Origin: Spizellomyces punctatus DAOM BR117
Taxonomy: Eukaryota
Assembly (NCBI GenBank): GCA_000182565.2
Contig: KQ257455.1
DNA length: 64,000 nucleotides
Reading direction: 5' to 3' (one strand)
Of this stretch, positions 1 through 13,137 are shown piece by piece. Position 1 is the stretch's first letter; the number at the start of each line of letters is the position of its first letter. The translations under genes were made by a program, and so were the position numbers. The notes under the pieces are model-generated. The model ran no database searches, was not told where the DNA came from, and saw nothing but the letters and a program-made list of their open reading frames with translations.

Positions 1-318
<318 letters not shown>

Positions 319-851
319 GCGTGAATGATTTCGCTATTGGGGTGTTTAGTATGATGGTGGCTCGGGCGTCAAATGGGGAAAATAAAGGACCGTATAGTCC
401 CTTCTGATGTACACATTTTTTCATATCCATAACATGTTCGAGTATGCCATCCTTTGTGTACCGGGTGTGCCGGTTTGTGTTCTACCGTAGGCGATAGCGT
501 TGATGACCATGCGGCGGTTATTGAGCTGCCATGAGGCGAGCAGTTATCGTGCGCAGTGCATCCACAACAAGAGCGCAATAGTCAGCTGTGGCCGTAGATC
601 ACGAGTGCCAACATTTGTCTATATATGGCATAAAGTTTGTGGCGTAGTTACTTTATGAGCTGCGCATCAAAGGCACAGTTGAGTTTGCAAATGTCGCGAG
701 TTTGTGGTGAACTTCCGCGCAAACAAAACCTGGCGTGGATATTTTGTGCGTTGGGCAAGAAACCCACGGACGATGACAGCAACATAAGAAGGAAAACATT
801 CGTTTCATCCTTTGTTACCTTACCCGCCAACTCTTACCTGCCATCATCGCC

Positions 852-2754
852 ATGTTTCCCATCAAACAACAAAACAATCACTACTGCTACAGGTTAGTTG
901 ACTATTCGGCAACCTTGTTTTATGACATGCTCACTGGTAAACCTTACAGACACCGACCCGGATTTCAACGGGCAAACGATGTGCGAAAGCGTGAGGAGAT
1001 GAATAGGGTACCATGCCGGAGACGTACTTGCCTGTGCGTTGCCACTCGCTAACTTTCCCCGTGCTGGCACTTGCAGCGTCTTGCAGCTCTACCACAAAAG
1101 GACAGAAATACTGTGTCGCAGTTATGGTCGCTCTTTGCCGCCACCCAAAACTCTCTTCGACCGCTGATTCTCGACGGTATCCTTGACCACTGCTGTCTTC
1201 CGCAGCTCTCGTATATGTCCAGCGCCCTTGCTCCCTTGGTCAGGATCGACTTTGTAACCACCGCTCCTACTGAAATCGCAATCAGGATCCTGCAATACCT
1301 TGATGCAAAGTCCTTGTGTCATGCAGCACAAGTCAGCAAAGCGTGGAAGAAGGTGGCCGACGATGATATAATATGGCACCGCATGTGTGAACAGCATATT
1401 GACAAAAAGTGTAAAAAGTGTGGATGGGGCTTGCCGCTGTTGGACAAGAAGCGCAAAGCGGTTGCAATGACGGAAGGATCTGATAAGAGGCGGAGAACCG
1501 ACGAAATGGCGGGCTTGGCGGATTGCGCAGTGGAACAGCTTTCTCCCAAAGAGCAAGGTGGGTTGCATTGCGTTGTAGGTGGACAGGGCGCTGGGAANNN
1601 NNNNNNNNNNNNNNNNNNNNNNNNNNNNNNNNNNNNNNNNNNNNNNNNNNNNNNNNNNNNNNNNNNNNNNNNNNNNNNNNNNNNNNNNNNNNNNNNNCAA
1701 ATAGGTACATCAGGATGTCAGATATCATCAAGGGAACGCGGAGCCATCGTCTCGACGAATGTACAAACGGCCATGGAAGGAGATTTACGCCGAGCGTCTA
1801 GTGGTGGAACGAAACTGGAGACGAGCTAATTACACGCAGCGCGAGCTAAAAGGGCACACCGACAGTGTGATGGCCCTTCACTATGATGAATGTCGATCGC
1901 TACTCGTGACAGGATCCTATGACTACAGTATCCGAGTATGGAACACAGATACGATGGAATGCATAAAAGTGCTGACGGGACACACTAGATGTGTACGCGG
2001 TATTCACGTCGACGACTCAAAAATTATATCGGGATCCATGGACCGCACCCTCCGAATATGGAACCTCAAAACCTTTCAGTGTATACGAGTACTCGAGGGA
2101 CACACGGCCGGCGTTGTATGTCTCCATTTTAATGACAAGATTCTCGCATCTGGCTCGGTGGATGGTTCAATCCGGGTGTGGAATTTGGGCGCTGGTTGCT
2201 GTTTCACACTTTCTGGCCACAGGGATTGGGTCAACAAAGTACAGATCATTGATAAGACACGGCTGATCTCTTGTTCGGATGACGCCACAGTAAAGATGTG
2301 GAACTTAGAGACACGGCAGGAAATTCGGACCTTCCGCGACCATGTCGGGCAAGTTCAGGGAATGCAAGCCATCATCCCACACTCTCCACCGCGGCTGGAC
2401 GGGATAAGCTATTCTGGAGGCCTTTTGGTGACAGGCGCGCTGGACAACACGGTCAGAATATGGTGCCTCGAAACCGGAGAGTGTCTCAAAAAGCTGTTTG
2501 GTCACGTCGAAGGTGTTTGGTGCATCGGTGTGGACTCATTGAGGATTGTTAGTGGTAGTCAAGACAGAAAGGTTATTGTTTGGGAGTTGGAAGGTGGGAA
2601 ACAAATGTATGAGCTGGGAGGTCATAACGGGGCTGTCAACTGTTGTCAGCTCACTGACACAAAAATCATTACTGGTGGAGAGGACGGAACTATACGCATA
2701 TGGGATTTCTTACCCGTCAATCTTTTTCCGTCGAGGCAGTTGTTAGTGGAGTAA
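852..2754 (+). CDS. MET30: F-box/WD40 SCF substrate receptor, Met30/SconB (sulfur controller) type
   Basis: Spliced N-terminus CYR|HRP, D-domain LILDGILDHCCLPQLSY, F-box IDFVTTAPTEIAIRILQYLDAKSLCHAAQVSKAWKKVADDDIIWHRMCEQHIDKKCKKCGWGLP, then RPWKEIYAERLVVERNWRR and about 7 WD40 repeats. An N gap interrupts the gene. Confidence 0.9.
1598..1697. other. Assembly gap (100 N)
   Basis: Run of N inside the MET30-like gene. Confidence 1.
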
Positions 2755-3189
2755 TGCTTTGCGCTAGTATATCAACCATATGTATATAAGGCAGTTTTTT
2801 TTAATACCATGCGTAGCCATTCAATGATAATTCCTTTAACTTGCTGACGGTTGGCGCAATATGCCTGGGAGTAGTCATTATCAATATGAAATACACAACC
2901 CTGATCCTGCAAATGAGAGGAATGGAAAGCCGACTGGTCAGGTCATCTCATTTCAGCAAGCAGGCCCTGCCTTCCAAGCACCAGCAATTATGAGCTATTT
3001 ACCGTCAGCTTTCGCTGGTGAAAGAATCCACACCAAAAAGAAGATGGTTTCGGCAGGACCCAAAAAGTACTGTATCGCCGTGGCCCTCGTTTACGAGAAA
3101 TCAGTTAAGGGCGCGCACCTCATCTGAAGGTAAGATGGGACTGGATTCTTCCGATACATATATGCTGCCGACCACTTATACTATTTCTG

Positions 3190-5166
3190 TTATGTCACCA
3201 ATTGTATCAAACTCAGTGATCCCTCCTTCAAAATTGCAATACAGTCTTCTCCTATTTGTTGAACTCCTAATACGTCCTCGGACGTGACTCCTCGTCGCCC
3301 AGGGTCCAAGTCTACCACATATTGGTCGGCGTATACACTGTTACCAAAGGGTTGGCGGTAAATGTACACATGTCGTCTCGACTCGATAATCAAGGCCTTC
3401 TGGTAATCGTATGTGACAAACATGAACCGTTTGTCTCGCTTGCTGGCTTGCACGAAACCAAGGGCATTGAATGCAGACGTATGAGTCATTTGCAATTCAG
3501 TACCAACGTCATAGATCAATGCGTCCACGTCCGAGCGCAAGCAGACTGATCCTAGCGACTCATTTTGACGCGGTCGCCACGGAAAGCAAGTACAAAGCCA
3601 CTCTTGACCGCCGGTCAAACTGATGGCCGTTGGCTCCCCTCCTTCTCGTGCAAATCGCACAAAGACGGCAGCATGCCCTTCAAAATCCACTTCTTCTGAT
3701 CGCTCCGTCATTGCATTTTGCATTGGATACGCGGATTCGGGATTTTCATCAGATGCTGTATACTTTTCCAACGCTTCTCGAAAGGTGGCGAGCTCACTTG
3801 GATCAACGGTTTCTTCAACATCGTCTTCATCCTCCCATAAATGCGTCCATCGTGTATTTTCGTTCGCTTTTTGTATGTACAGCGTCAGAAGGCGATTGTT
3901 TTCTAATGTCCAGGTACACTCTCCCGGAACGATATTGTCAAATGTCCGAGCGTCAAAGATTGTTTCTTCTTTTGGTGGAAGGATTTTACACTTTATCCCA
4001 TGGTTGTCAAACCGACAATGGATATCCTTTTTCAGCGTAATGTGCGGAAGCCGGACCGTGATCATAATATCTTCTCCAGTCTGTGTCCACATGTACTCGA
4101 GCTTTTTGGCTTCCACAAACTCAATTTCCTGTTCTCGTCGGATAAGCTCGGCTTTAGTTTGTGGTTGGTGCTCTTGCTGTTCCTCTGGAACGGGAACCTG
4201 TCGAGGTTTTGGATTTTCGTAAGGTATTGCGGCTGCAATCGTAAACCCTTGACCTTCTGGTTCAATAGCCGAAAAGTATGGCACACTGAATCCTTCCACT
4301 GTCCGTAAGCGGGTCACAGGAATGCTGCCGTTCGCGGTACGGCCCTCCCGCAAATCTGCATTCTCGATTTGAAATAGACTGAGGAAAAACGAGAGGCGTG
4401 GATGCAATTCCTTTTGTTGGGGATTGCTGAAAGATGTTGCTGTATGACCAACCGGTTCTTCTACCTCCCGCTCTTCGGTTCTGTAGGCGAGAAAAACTAT
4501 ATTTCCTGAACTCGTCGTTTTAGCATTGGTGAGGATATACGGATGGTCCAAATCCCTGAGTTCTCCAATGAAAGTTGGGAATGACGTGGTGTCGGCTAGA
4601 TGAATCACGGCAATGGACCCTGCCCCGCTACTTATCAAGAGATACTGCCCAGCGCGTTGTATTGACGGATACTCTCTCTCTTCATTGGCAAGAGTTGGCG
4701 CGGGGAACGAATACAAAGTGCGAAAACTGGGCTCGAACGCATCCTGTGACATAGGTGTGATCAGCAAAAGCAGATCTATTATGTGGTTTTCCAGCTATTC
4801 TCTTAACAAGTAAACCCACCTCATTTACCAGAACTTGAATGACATTGTACTCTCCATCCACATAAAATGCACAGTCCCACTCTGGAAACGCAAATAAATG
4901 GTTAAAGCCGCTCCGAGCCTCCAATTTTCGATATGGCGCATGTGTGGAGGAGGGAACTTTGCCAATGTTTACTGGCTCCGGAAGGTCGAAAGTTTTGGGT
5001 TCGCGGACGCCGTCATGTGTCTTGAGCTTGTATCCTTCGAATCTTACACGAAGGTTATTCGCATTGGATGGGGAGGATCTAGAACTTGATTGGGAACTCA
5101 CTTGGGATTCAATAGGCTCCTATCTACAGACAGCTGGACATGTCTTGGTGGGTTAGCTGCCGGCAT
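3190..5166 (-). CDS. NUDCD1: NudC domain-containing protein 1 (CS/p23 co-chaperone)
   Basis: ATG 5166 gives MPAANPPRHVQLSVDRSLLNP|KFEGYKL with an intron starting GTGAGT at 5101. CS domain YMWTQTGEDIMITVRLP and C-terminal motif FNALGFVQASKRDKRF. Confidence 0.88.
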
Positions 5167-5455
5167 CCTGCTGCAGGTAATCTAATGTTGGGACATTGCC
5201 AACTTTTTCGGTGACGGAAGATGGCCATTTTTGTACAAATTGCGCTGACATGATGTGGCTTGCTTAGCTGGGCGTCTTGGTTCATCGGCTGGTGATTCTC
5301 TTGGACAGTCTCCTTTATAAGATTGGAAAAGGCATAAAGGTTCAGATTCTACAACAACCGTCAAGGAAAAAATATCCAAAACAACGGTAAAAACTCATAT
5401 GTTCATAATATAAATATGACCCCGAATAAACACAGATTGTCCGTATCAAACATTA

Positions 5456-8400
5456 TCATAGTCGTGGCTTGCTCGTTGCAGTATCCCCGCCATAATAGCC
5501 CGTTTTTGCAATCTTTGCAGTGTGATCGATTTTAATCTTTTGACCCCCGCCCCGACTCTTTCCTTTTCCACGCCGGGCGTCCACCCATCCAGCTGCAACT
5601 CTTGCCAGGCGAAGGACACGGATGGCGACTGTGGCCGTATCACGTCTGTTTTTACCCTCTCGGCGGAACCGCCCTATTTGCTCACAAAAGTCCCACAATG
5701 AAGATTGCGGTTGGATGTTGTTCCATGCTTCGTAGGCGGGATCTCTGTCGTCATCTTGGACGTCATTGCCGTCCGCACTGGGGTGAGGACCTGCAGAAGC
5801 TGTTATGGATGACGATGGGTTCGTGGAGGCCGTTTGTGTGGTAGACATGGGCTCATTTTGCTGTGGGGATGACGATTCAACTGCCTCGATCATCTGCTCA
5901 GCCTCAGCCAGTTTTTCTTTGTTCCGTATTCTCGCGGCTTTTTCAGCCAAGTAAGCCGCGGCGGCAGCAGAAGTTCCCGCTTGCAGCATATCAATGGCAG
6001 ACGAGGTCACCTCGGCCACTTCCCGGGAAGCAGCTATCTCCGCATACGGAACGTCGGGTGCCGGTGGCAGGCGATCGTGTGGGACGTAGTCAGGGGCAAT
6101 AGCTACCCAGGTGATCATCGGGCCTGAAGGCGGAGCAGGTGGAGGGGCCACAGGAACGACTCCACTCGGTACAGGTAAGCGCGGATCCCGCTTGGGAACT
6201 GGAGGTTCCACGTCAACATATGGCGCAGTTTTCGAGGGAGGTGTCGGACCCTTGCGGATGAGGAGCACGCCCATGTCCTTAAGACGGAGAAACGCGTTCT
6301 TTAAGGTCTCCTTGTTGACGGACTCAAAGTACGACAAATCGCCTGAATGCACACATCAGAAAATCGGTCACTGGTGAATCCTGGCATCAACAGCAGCCAT
6401 ACCTTCGTAGTATAGTGTCTTCCCAAAGAACTGGACTCGATTCATGAAGACGCGCTCATCCACCCATTCCAGAATAGGACTACCACCGTCTGCAGGATGA
6501 GGTGCATCTGGTATAATCGAAAACAAACTGACTGCTGCCAGCCAATACGTTTCAATAAACGGCCACATCAAAAAGCTGCCGATATCTAGCATTAGTTTAC
6601 AATCCGGACCCATATGAGAAAAGAAAATATATCATACCAATAGAAGTCTTGAAAAGGAAAACGGAAACCGCTCGCCCATGAGTCACGATTATCAAATGGA
6701 TGTCAGAAACTGCATCACTTACCAAATGTTTCTCTTCCAATCCGCCGCTCTTCGGCGCTCAGCGTAATCCATTTGTGCACTTCATTCTCCCCATCCCCAT
6801 TCGCCACCACGTCCTCATCAATACTGATGACGTTTGCTTTGTGTAGCCTATCTACGGTTTCATCCAGGTTTTTCTCCAGACCACCAGGCCCGTAAATGAA
6901 TTCAGACTTCAAAAGCTGCGACACGAACGCAACATCTTCTTGCAATGCTGGTCGTAAAAGGATTCGTTGGGCGTGGACCGGACCTCCTGCCTTGACTGTC
7001 GCATACATGGCAGTGGAAAGAATGGCTGAGAATAGTAAGCGACACCATTAACTACGTGGAACAGAATCGGTGTGAAGTGACTGAAAGGTTAGCAAACCTT
7101 CAGACAAGAACATGTGGATGACTTGATTGCGATAAAAGCTCAGTTCGAATCGTTTCATGGGGTAGTAGACTGGTTCTAGAAGGTCTGTACGTTGGCCGAC
7201 CAAGTCCTTCATCTGTTGAATCGCTCTATCACCCATATTAGATAAACCAGCTGGCTCCTTTTTCATTCAATTGGCTGAGAACACACACCTTTCAACGATA
7301 GCCGCTGTGGACATTCCGCCAAAATGTGCCACGCGGCCCCCTTTCGCTAGGATCTCACGTTTCAACCAATTAACTTTTCGTACTAGCTAAATGAGGAAGT
7401 GAGCAGCCAGGTACAAATAGACATGTACTTCAACGAGAACCAACCTCAGCACGACCTACGCCGCGGCCACGCAGCGTTAGAATCACAGTCCCAACTATGA
7501 TGAGGACGTGGGTCATATATGTGACTTTCCCAAATGGTGCAAGTTTACATCAAACGTACCTAATGCTGTGGGCATAGTGACGCTGACTGAATTGATATCA
7601 CTTAGAACCCTACATGCAATCGCATAAGCTAATGAACTTCATTGTGTCGTGAATATCCTTATACCTGAAGCCAAGTGACTGAAGTAACAGTATTTTGTCC
7701 TCTGGAATCCCCATAGGGTTGAAGCTCGAGCTGTGATGAATAAAAGTGCCCAGGTTAGGGTTTGCGATTGACCACAGGCATCTTGCAGAAAGCGTTGCCT
7801 ACCCGCGGCGAACCACTTGACTATTTATGTATTCCTTCAAGGAATATGGCTTCGCGAATCTGATATCAATACGGCCCCACTATGCGGTCTTGTTGAGGAA
7901 AAGGCGAACAGAACTAACAGGCGTTGACATTAAATTTACCTTAAACTGGAACAAACAAACATTAGCAAACATTAGCACTCAATCACAGAGTATCGAAACA
8001 TAGTCTTGTTAACCAAGAGTGGTAGTACAAACCTGAAGAATATTGACATTGTTCAACAGCTGAAATAGCGACTCTTTTTCTTTAGGAGTGCCCAGCAGTT
8101 CATTAACGTAGGATTCGGTCTCAATAACTTTATCGTATCCGATACTCATAGGGACCAGTATTGCGTCACGTACACGGCCACTGGCTATTGCGTCCAGGAT
8201 GATTTTGAGTATGCCGAACTTTGGTTGAAGCAATTTCCCTATTCGACTCCGCGTGCCTTCAATGAAAACCTCAATGTTGTGGCCACGTTGAAGGAGTAAC
8301 TATCAATGAAAAATAAGCAAATCCCGGCGTGGTCCACAAGGATAAAAGTAACCGCATACCTCAATGTATTCCCGCATCAGTGTATTATATAATACGTCGT

Positions 8401-9606
8401 CTCCCCACTGGCGTCTGATGAAGAAAGCACCACCATGTTTCAAAAACCATCCCACTCCGGGAATGTTCAGGTTATCACCAGCCGCGATGTGTGGAAGGGC
8501 GAGCCCAAGTCGGTAAAATATATAGCTGATTTTAAGAATCACCATATTAACCCACAGATTTATCCTACATACGCAGATCCCAAACTTACCTAAGAACAAG
8601 ATAGTCGACGTGGCTCTTATGGGATGGTAGGAACACCAGCGACAACTTATGCTTTTCCGCATATTGGGCATATTTCCGTAGCTGTGATTGATGCGCTCAG
8701 TCGCTCAGTATGACAAGCAAATAAATTAATTATGCACATTGAGCTTCTGCCGCTAACCTCTACAAACTCGCTCTCACGGATGTGAATGCCTTGGTGGTAC
8801 ATTCTCACCAGCATATTATTCATGACAAATGCGATGACTCTGCAACAAAAAAAGGATTAGCCGAGTTGCTCACGACAGCTCTGGCGACGCGCCTGTACTT
8901 TATAGTTCTCATTGAATTCATATCCGCAACCATGCCTTCCATCATCTTCACAAGTTGCTTGCGTGTGTCTATTTCAACTTCCTCTAAGGTAACGTCTCGT
9001 GCTTTACGGTGCGCCCTCTTTGCAAGCTTGTCTTTCGAGGCAACGCTTGAGTGGAGCTGGCGATATCTCTGTAAAGCGATCCTCTTAACGGCATCGTTCA
9101 CTATATCAATATCAACGTCGAGGCGGCGTGAGTGACAAATAGGTTGCCACCGTTCTGGCCATTACATACGCCTTTCTGATGTCATCAACGCCTTCCGTAT
9201 CTCCTCTGAATATTCAGGATAAAATATGCGACTTCCGATATAGTTTTGATAGGCCCGCCATCCCTAGACGACACGATCGAGAAGCGATTAAACTTCCGTT
9301 CTCAATATTCAATCAATTGCGACTCGCATACTTCGCCCGCGTAGAAAGCCGATGATTCGGATGTGAGTCGAAGCATAAACCCAAGTGGATCCGACCTGAA
9401 TCGACCAACACCTGTCCCACTTGAAGAGCATCTTAGCAACCCCAGAAGTGGGATAATTCAATCCCGAGTGCACAACGCAACAATGCAACTTACGCGACAT
9501 TGGTACTGTCTGCGCTATCAACAAGAGTATTCTCCAGCTTTTGTTCCAACCGGGCATCTTTTGAACGCACCGGCCGTGGAGGAGCGGGCTTTGACGATGA
9601 GGACAT
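5456..9606 (-). CDS. PlsB/GPAT-DHAPAT family acyltransferase with C-terminal PTS1-like PRL (GNPAT-like)
   Basis: Many exons. Motifs PSHKSHVDYL (HxxxxD), PHIAAGDNLNIP, GAFFIRR, FIEGTRSRIGKLLQPKFG, VPMSIGYDKVIE. Ends ...TATSKPRL*. Start MSSSSKPAPP at 9606 is inferred. Confidence 0.88.
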
Positions 9607-10984
9607 TTCGTAAAAGACAGATATCGAGGCAACTACAGTCTGCTCCCGAGAAAGATTGCTTTCTTTCCAGGTTTGCTTTCACCAAAAGAAAAAAAGTGTC
9701 TGGGAAGCCCAAACTCGGCCGAATTGAGTTTCCGGAACCTGCTTGTTGTATGGGAACTGCGCAAGGTGCACATGCAGGCTGACCGATAAAGGTCCAATGT
9801 ATCTGGTAGCAGCAGCAGCACGAGCCTGAAGGTCGCGATCGTTGTAAACTCGGTGGATGGAAACGCTAGCCGATGGGAGGTCAACCACTTGTTCTCCCAG
9901 TCTGAACGCGCTCCAACTCTGCAGCGCTTGTTCTTCCCTCGCGTGTCTCCAAGAGTTGTGTCCATAAACCCGGCAATCTGGAACTGGGAGACATGTCAAA
10001 GCCACAATGCTTTGTAAGGAGGGAGACGCATGGAGGCCCAGGGGTGGGTTACAATTGATGATGGCATCAACGTTCCCGCCACGACGGCCAACGACCGGTT
10101 TGGGACGTTATGCAATTTGACAAGCGACACAGGCTATCAGGAGGAAGAGGCGTTCGAATGAGACGATGGAAACATCATATGGGATATTAACCCGCTCTGC
10201 GGGGCGGTTCAGTGGCATGTCACAACAGAAACCATCAAGTCGGATGGATAAGTATTATCTTAAAGCCCGCCTTGCCATCTTCCAATGTCTCTATTACAGT
10301 AATTTACCTATGGATATCAAGCGTGTACGGACTACGCAGTCCCGCCTTTTAGCATGACATATCATGCGTCATGGTGACAGCCCAAGGTCTAATGGAATAT
10401 TGTAACGCCAAAGGGCTCAAGAGATGGTAGGGGTTACAGCATCCCCGGCCGCTTATTCTGAGCAAGGGACTCGGACAAAGTGGATTTGGATCTTCAAAAT
10501 GGAGCTGATCAGATTGACACTTGAATGGAGATTGCTTTGTGCTGGTCTGTTTACCCAGCATTTTGGAAACGCAGGTGCATCCAACCATCAAATAGACATG
10601 CTCTACTGAATTATATTTACCTCTTCAATAGTAATATAGACCTAGCAGCGCTTCTTTTGCTTCTCAAACCATAAACATGTCGCGTTGCTCATTAGGACAC
10701 AGGTCGATCACAGTTATATGTTTCGCCAATTCCTGGACCACCGTGTGCCCCGACAAGATTTGGCTGCTAATGCCCCAAGTTGCATGTAAAATCTATTATC
10801 CGCCTTCCTTCGTTGCTTCCCATTGAGCGAGGGCGGAAAACCAATTTCGTAAGCCATCACAACGGGCAAATGGCAAAGTCATGGACATGAAGCATGGCAC
10901 AGTCATCAAGAATGTGAAAAGCCACGATACAAGAAGATGAAAGTTGGAAATGGAGATCTTGGTCCCAAACCGTTGAAATTCACA

Positions 10985-13012
10985 ATGCCTACGTACTTGA
11001 TACATTTCGCTCAGTTTCATATGGAATTTCGGCTTCCAGGTAAGTTTTGATTAGTGGGATACATTTGAGATATTCCCATTTACCCTTGCATGCAGAGCTG
11101 GACTCGTTGGCCATACTGGAAGCCGTAGAGTTGCGATATGACCCTGCAGCATATTCCAACGATGTAAGTAGCCACTTTGAGCTAGTTGCTACCTTTAGGC
11201 GTCCAGAACTCATATGATCCTTCTAATGAGCATATAGAGTCCATTCATGTTGGTGGAGATCCCAAATGATGACGACGCTCGGAAACTTGTAAAACGATCT
11301 ATACTTGTGAAGTATGAAATTGAAATGCGAAAGGCTCTCATATCTGCAGCAAGATGCTGACTCGTCTTTTAATGCACTAGACATATTGTAAGACTTTGGG
11401 CTGAATCACCGACACTTGAGGACATACTAGAAACAATCAAAGATGCTCGAGAGCTGCATGTGAGCTGTTAACTTGGCTGATCTTTGCCGTCTGATGACAG
11501 AAATTTACCTAATTCTGTTGGGTAGGCACCATACCTAAAAAGTAGTTTCAAGTTTATTGTTGCAGCCTTTGGGTACACAATCGAGTTAGACGAACAGATC
11601 TCCCGTATCGAACGATTCTCCTTTCTTCCATTCGAGGGACCTATTGATCTGAAGAACCCGGACGTTACATTCGCGTACTACGAGGATTATGGGAAACCAT
11701 CTGCACAAGAGGGTGCGGTGAGGGAGGCTAATAAACCAAAAAGAGTTTTTTTTGGAGTATTGGTACATGTTTGGAGAATATGTTTGGCGGAAGGCACTGT
11801 TTTGACTTGAAACCGTTCCCTTCCTCCAGCTGGCAAGCGGTAACCGTGGAGTGGTAACAACATATGACCTCAAAAAACGAAAATATTTGGGAACAACATC
11901 AATGGATGCTGAGTTGTCGCTTGTGATGGCGAATCAAGCATTGGTGCGACGCCGGATGGGGGAGTTAACCAACTACGCGAGATGATGCTGATCAGTATAT
12001 GTTTTAGGTTCGTCTAGGATCATTTGTCTTAGACCCATTCGTGGGCACTGGCAGTTTTCTAATGACATGTGCACATTTCGGAGCCTTCACGATGGGTGCG
12101 GATATTGATGGACGACAAATTCGAGGAAAGGGTGAGTCGTAGAAAGCACTGGGTTTGTGTGTGCAGAATGTTGACGTTTGCGAGCTGTCCAGATAGACGA
12201 AACATCCAGTCGAACGCTGTGCAGTATGGGTTGACTGGACGAGTACTGGATAATGTGGTCTGCGATTTGGGTATGGTTAGGGCACTGAGACATAGTTGGA
12301 CAACTCATACTCACTCCTCTGCTAGCGCATCACCCTTGGCGAATACAACCAGTTTGGGATGCGATAGTGTGCGATGTAAGTTCACTGGCACGACGAGGCG
12401 ACCCCATGTACGTGGCGTTAACATGATGTGTAGCCACCATACGGTGTACGTGCTGGTGCGAAGAAGATCGGAAATAATCCCAAAATAAAACCTCCACCAA
12501 CCGTACTAAAGTCGTAAGTTGGACCAGAAGGCAAGTCAAATTCTCAAGGCGATTTACAAGGGTCTGGTATACAGAAACGGTGAACCGAGGTATCCTCAAA
12601 CCGTCCCTTATGAAATGAACGATGTGATAGTCGATTTGATCGATTTTGCCGCTACATTCCTGGTTCCTGGGGGAAGGCTCGTCTACTGGCTCCCGACAGT
12701 CACCGATGAGTGGGTGCTTTGATTGATCTAACGAACCATCTGAACGACACTGACCATCACTACTATTTGTATAATAACAGATATGTCCCGGAAGACGTCC
12801 CAATACATCCGAAATTCAAACTAGTTGCGAATAGCGAACAGAATTTTGGCAAATGGGCTCGACGGCTCATCACAATGGAGAAACTACGAGGCGATGAAGA
12901 GTTGGTTGGAGTTGATCTGGAGAGAGGAGCCGAGCCGGCAACGGCCGTCCCTGCGCATTCAAAGTTCCGTACAAAGTACTTTGAATGTGTGCGAGGTGTA
13001 GAAAACTTATAG
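10985..13012 (+). CDS. TRM11: tRNA m2G10 methyltransferase
   Basis: Starts MPTYLIHFAQFHMEFRLP. Motifs YLGTTSMDAELSLVMANQA, DPFVGTGSFL, GADIDGRQIRG, DAIVCD|PPYGVRAGAKKIG, GGRLVYWLP, SEQNFGKWARRLITMEK. Confidence 0.93.
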
Positions 13013-13137
13013 GTTGCCAGAGAACCTTGTGAATATAATAGATTTCTCTGCTGCCCAATACATTTTATATTGAATTTCTGAATCTTACCCTACCAATCGC
13101 AGATGCTAATGCATATTGTAATACCAAAAAACATGAT

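Noticed and set aside
1071-1829. Apparent frameshift between the F-box and WD40 ORFs of MET30
   Set aside because: A 100-N gap and flanking splice sites lie between them, so frame cannot be judged. This is not evidence of a pseudogene.
2861-3127. 88-aa ORF between the convergent MET30 and NUDCD1 genes
   Set aside because: Short, featureless and located in a 3' UTR zone.
3623-4222. 199-aa antisense ORF inside NUDCD1 (similar cases at 42527-43075 and 32019-32474)
   Set aside because: Shadow ORFs of real genes, with Ser-rich composition mirroring acidic codons on the other strand.
9633-9965. 110-codon ORF upstream of the acyltransferase as a uORF or separate gene
   Set aside because: No family resemblance and no evidence that it lies within the transcript.
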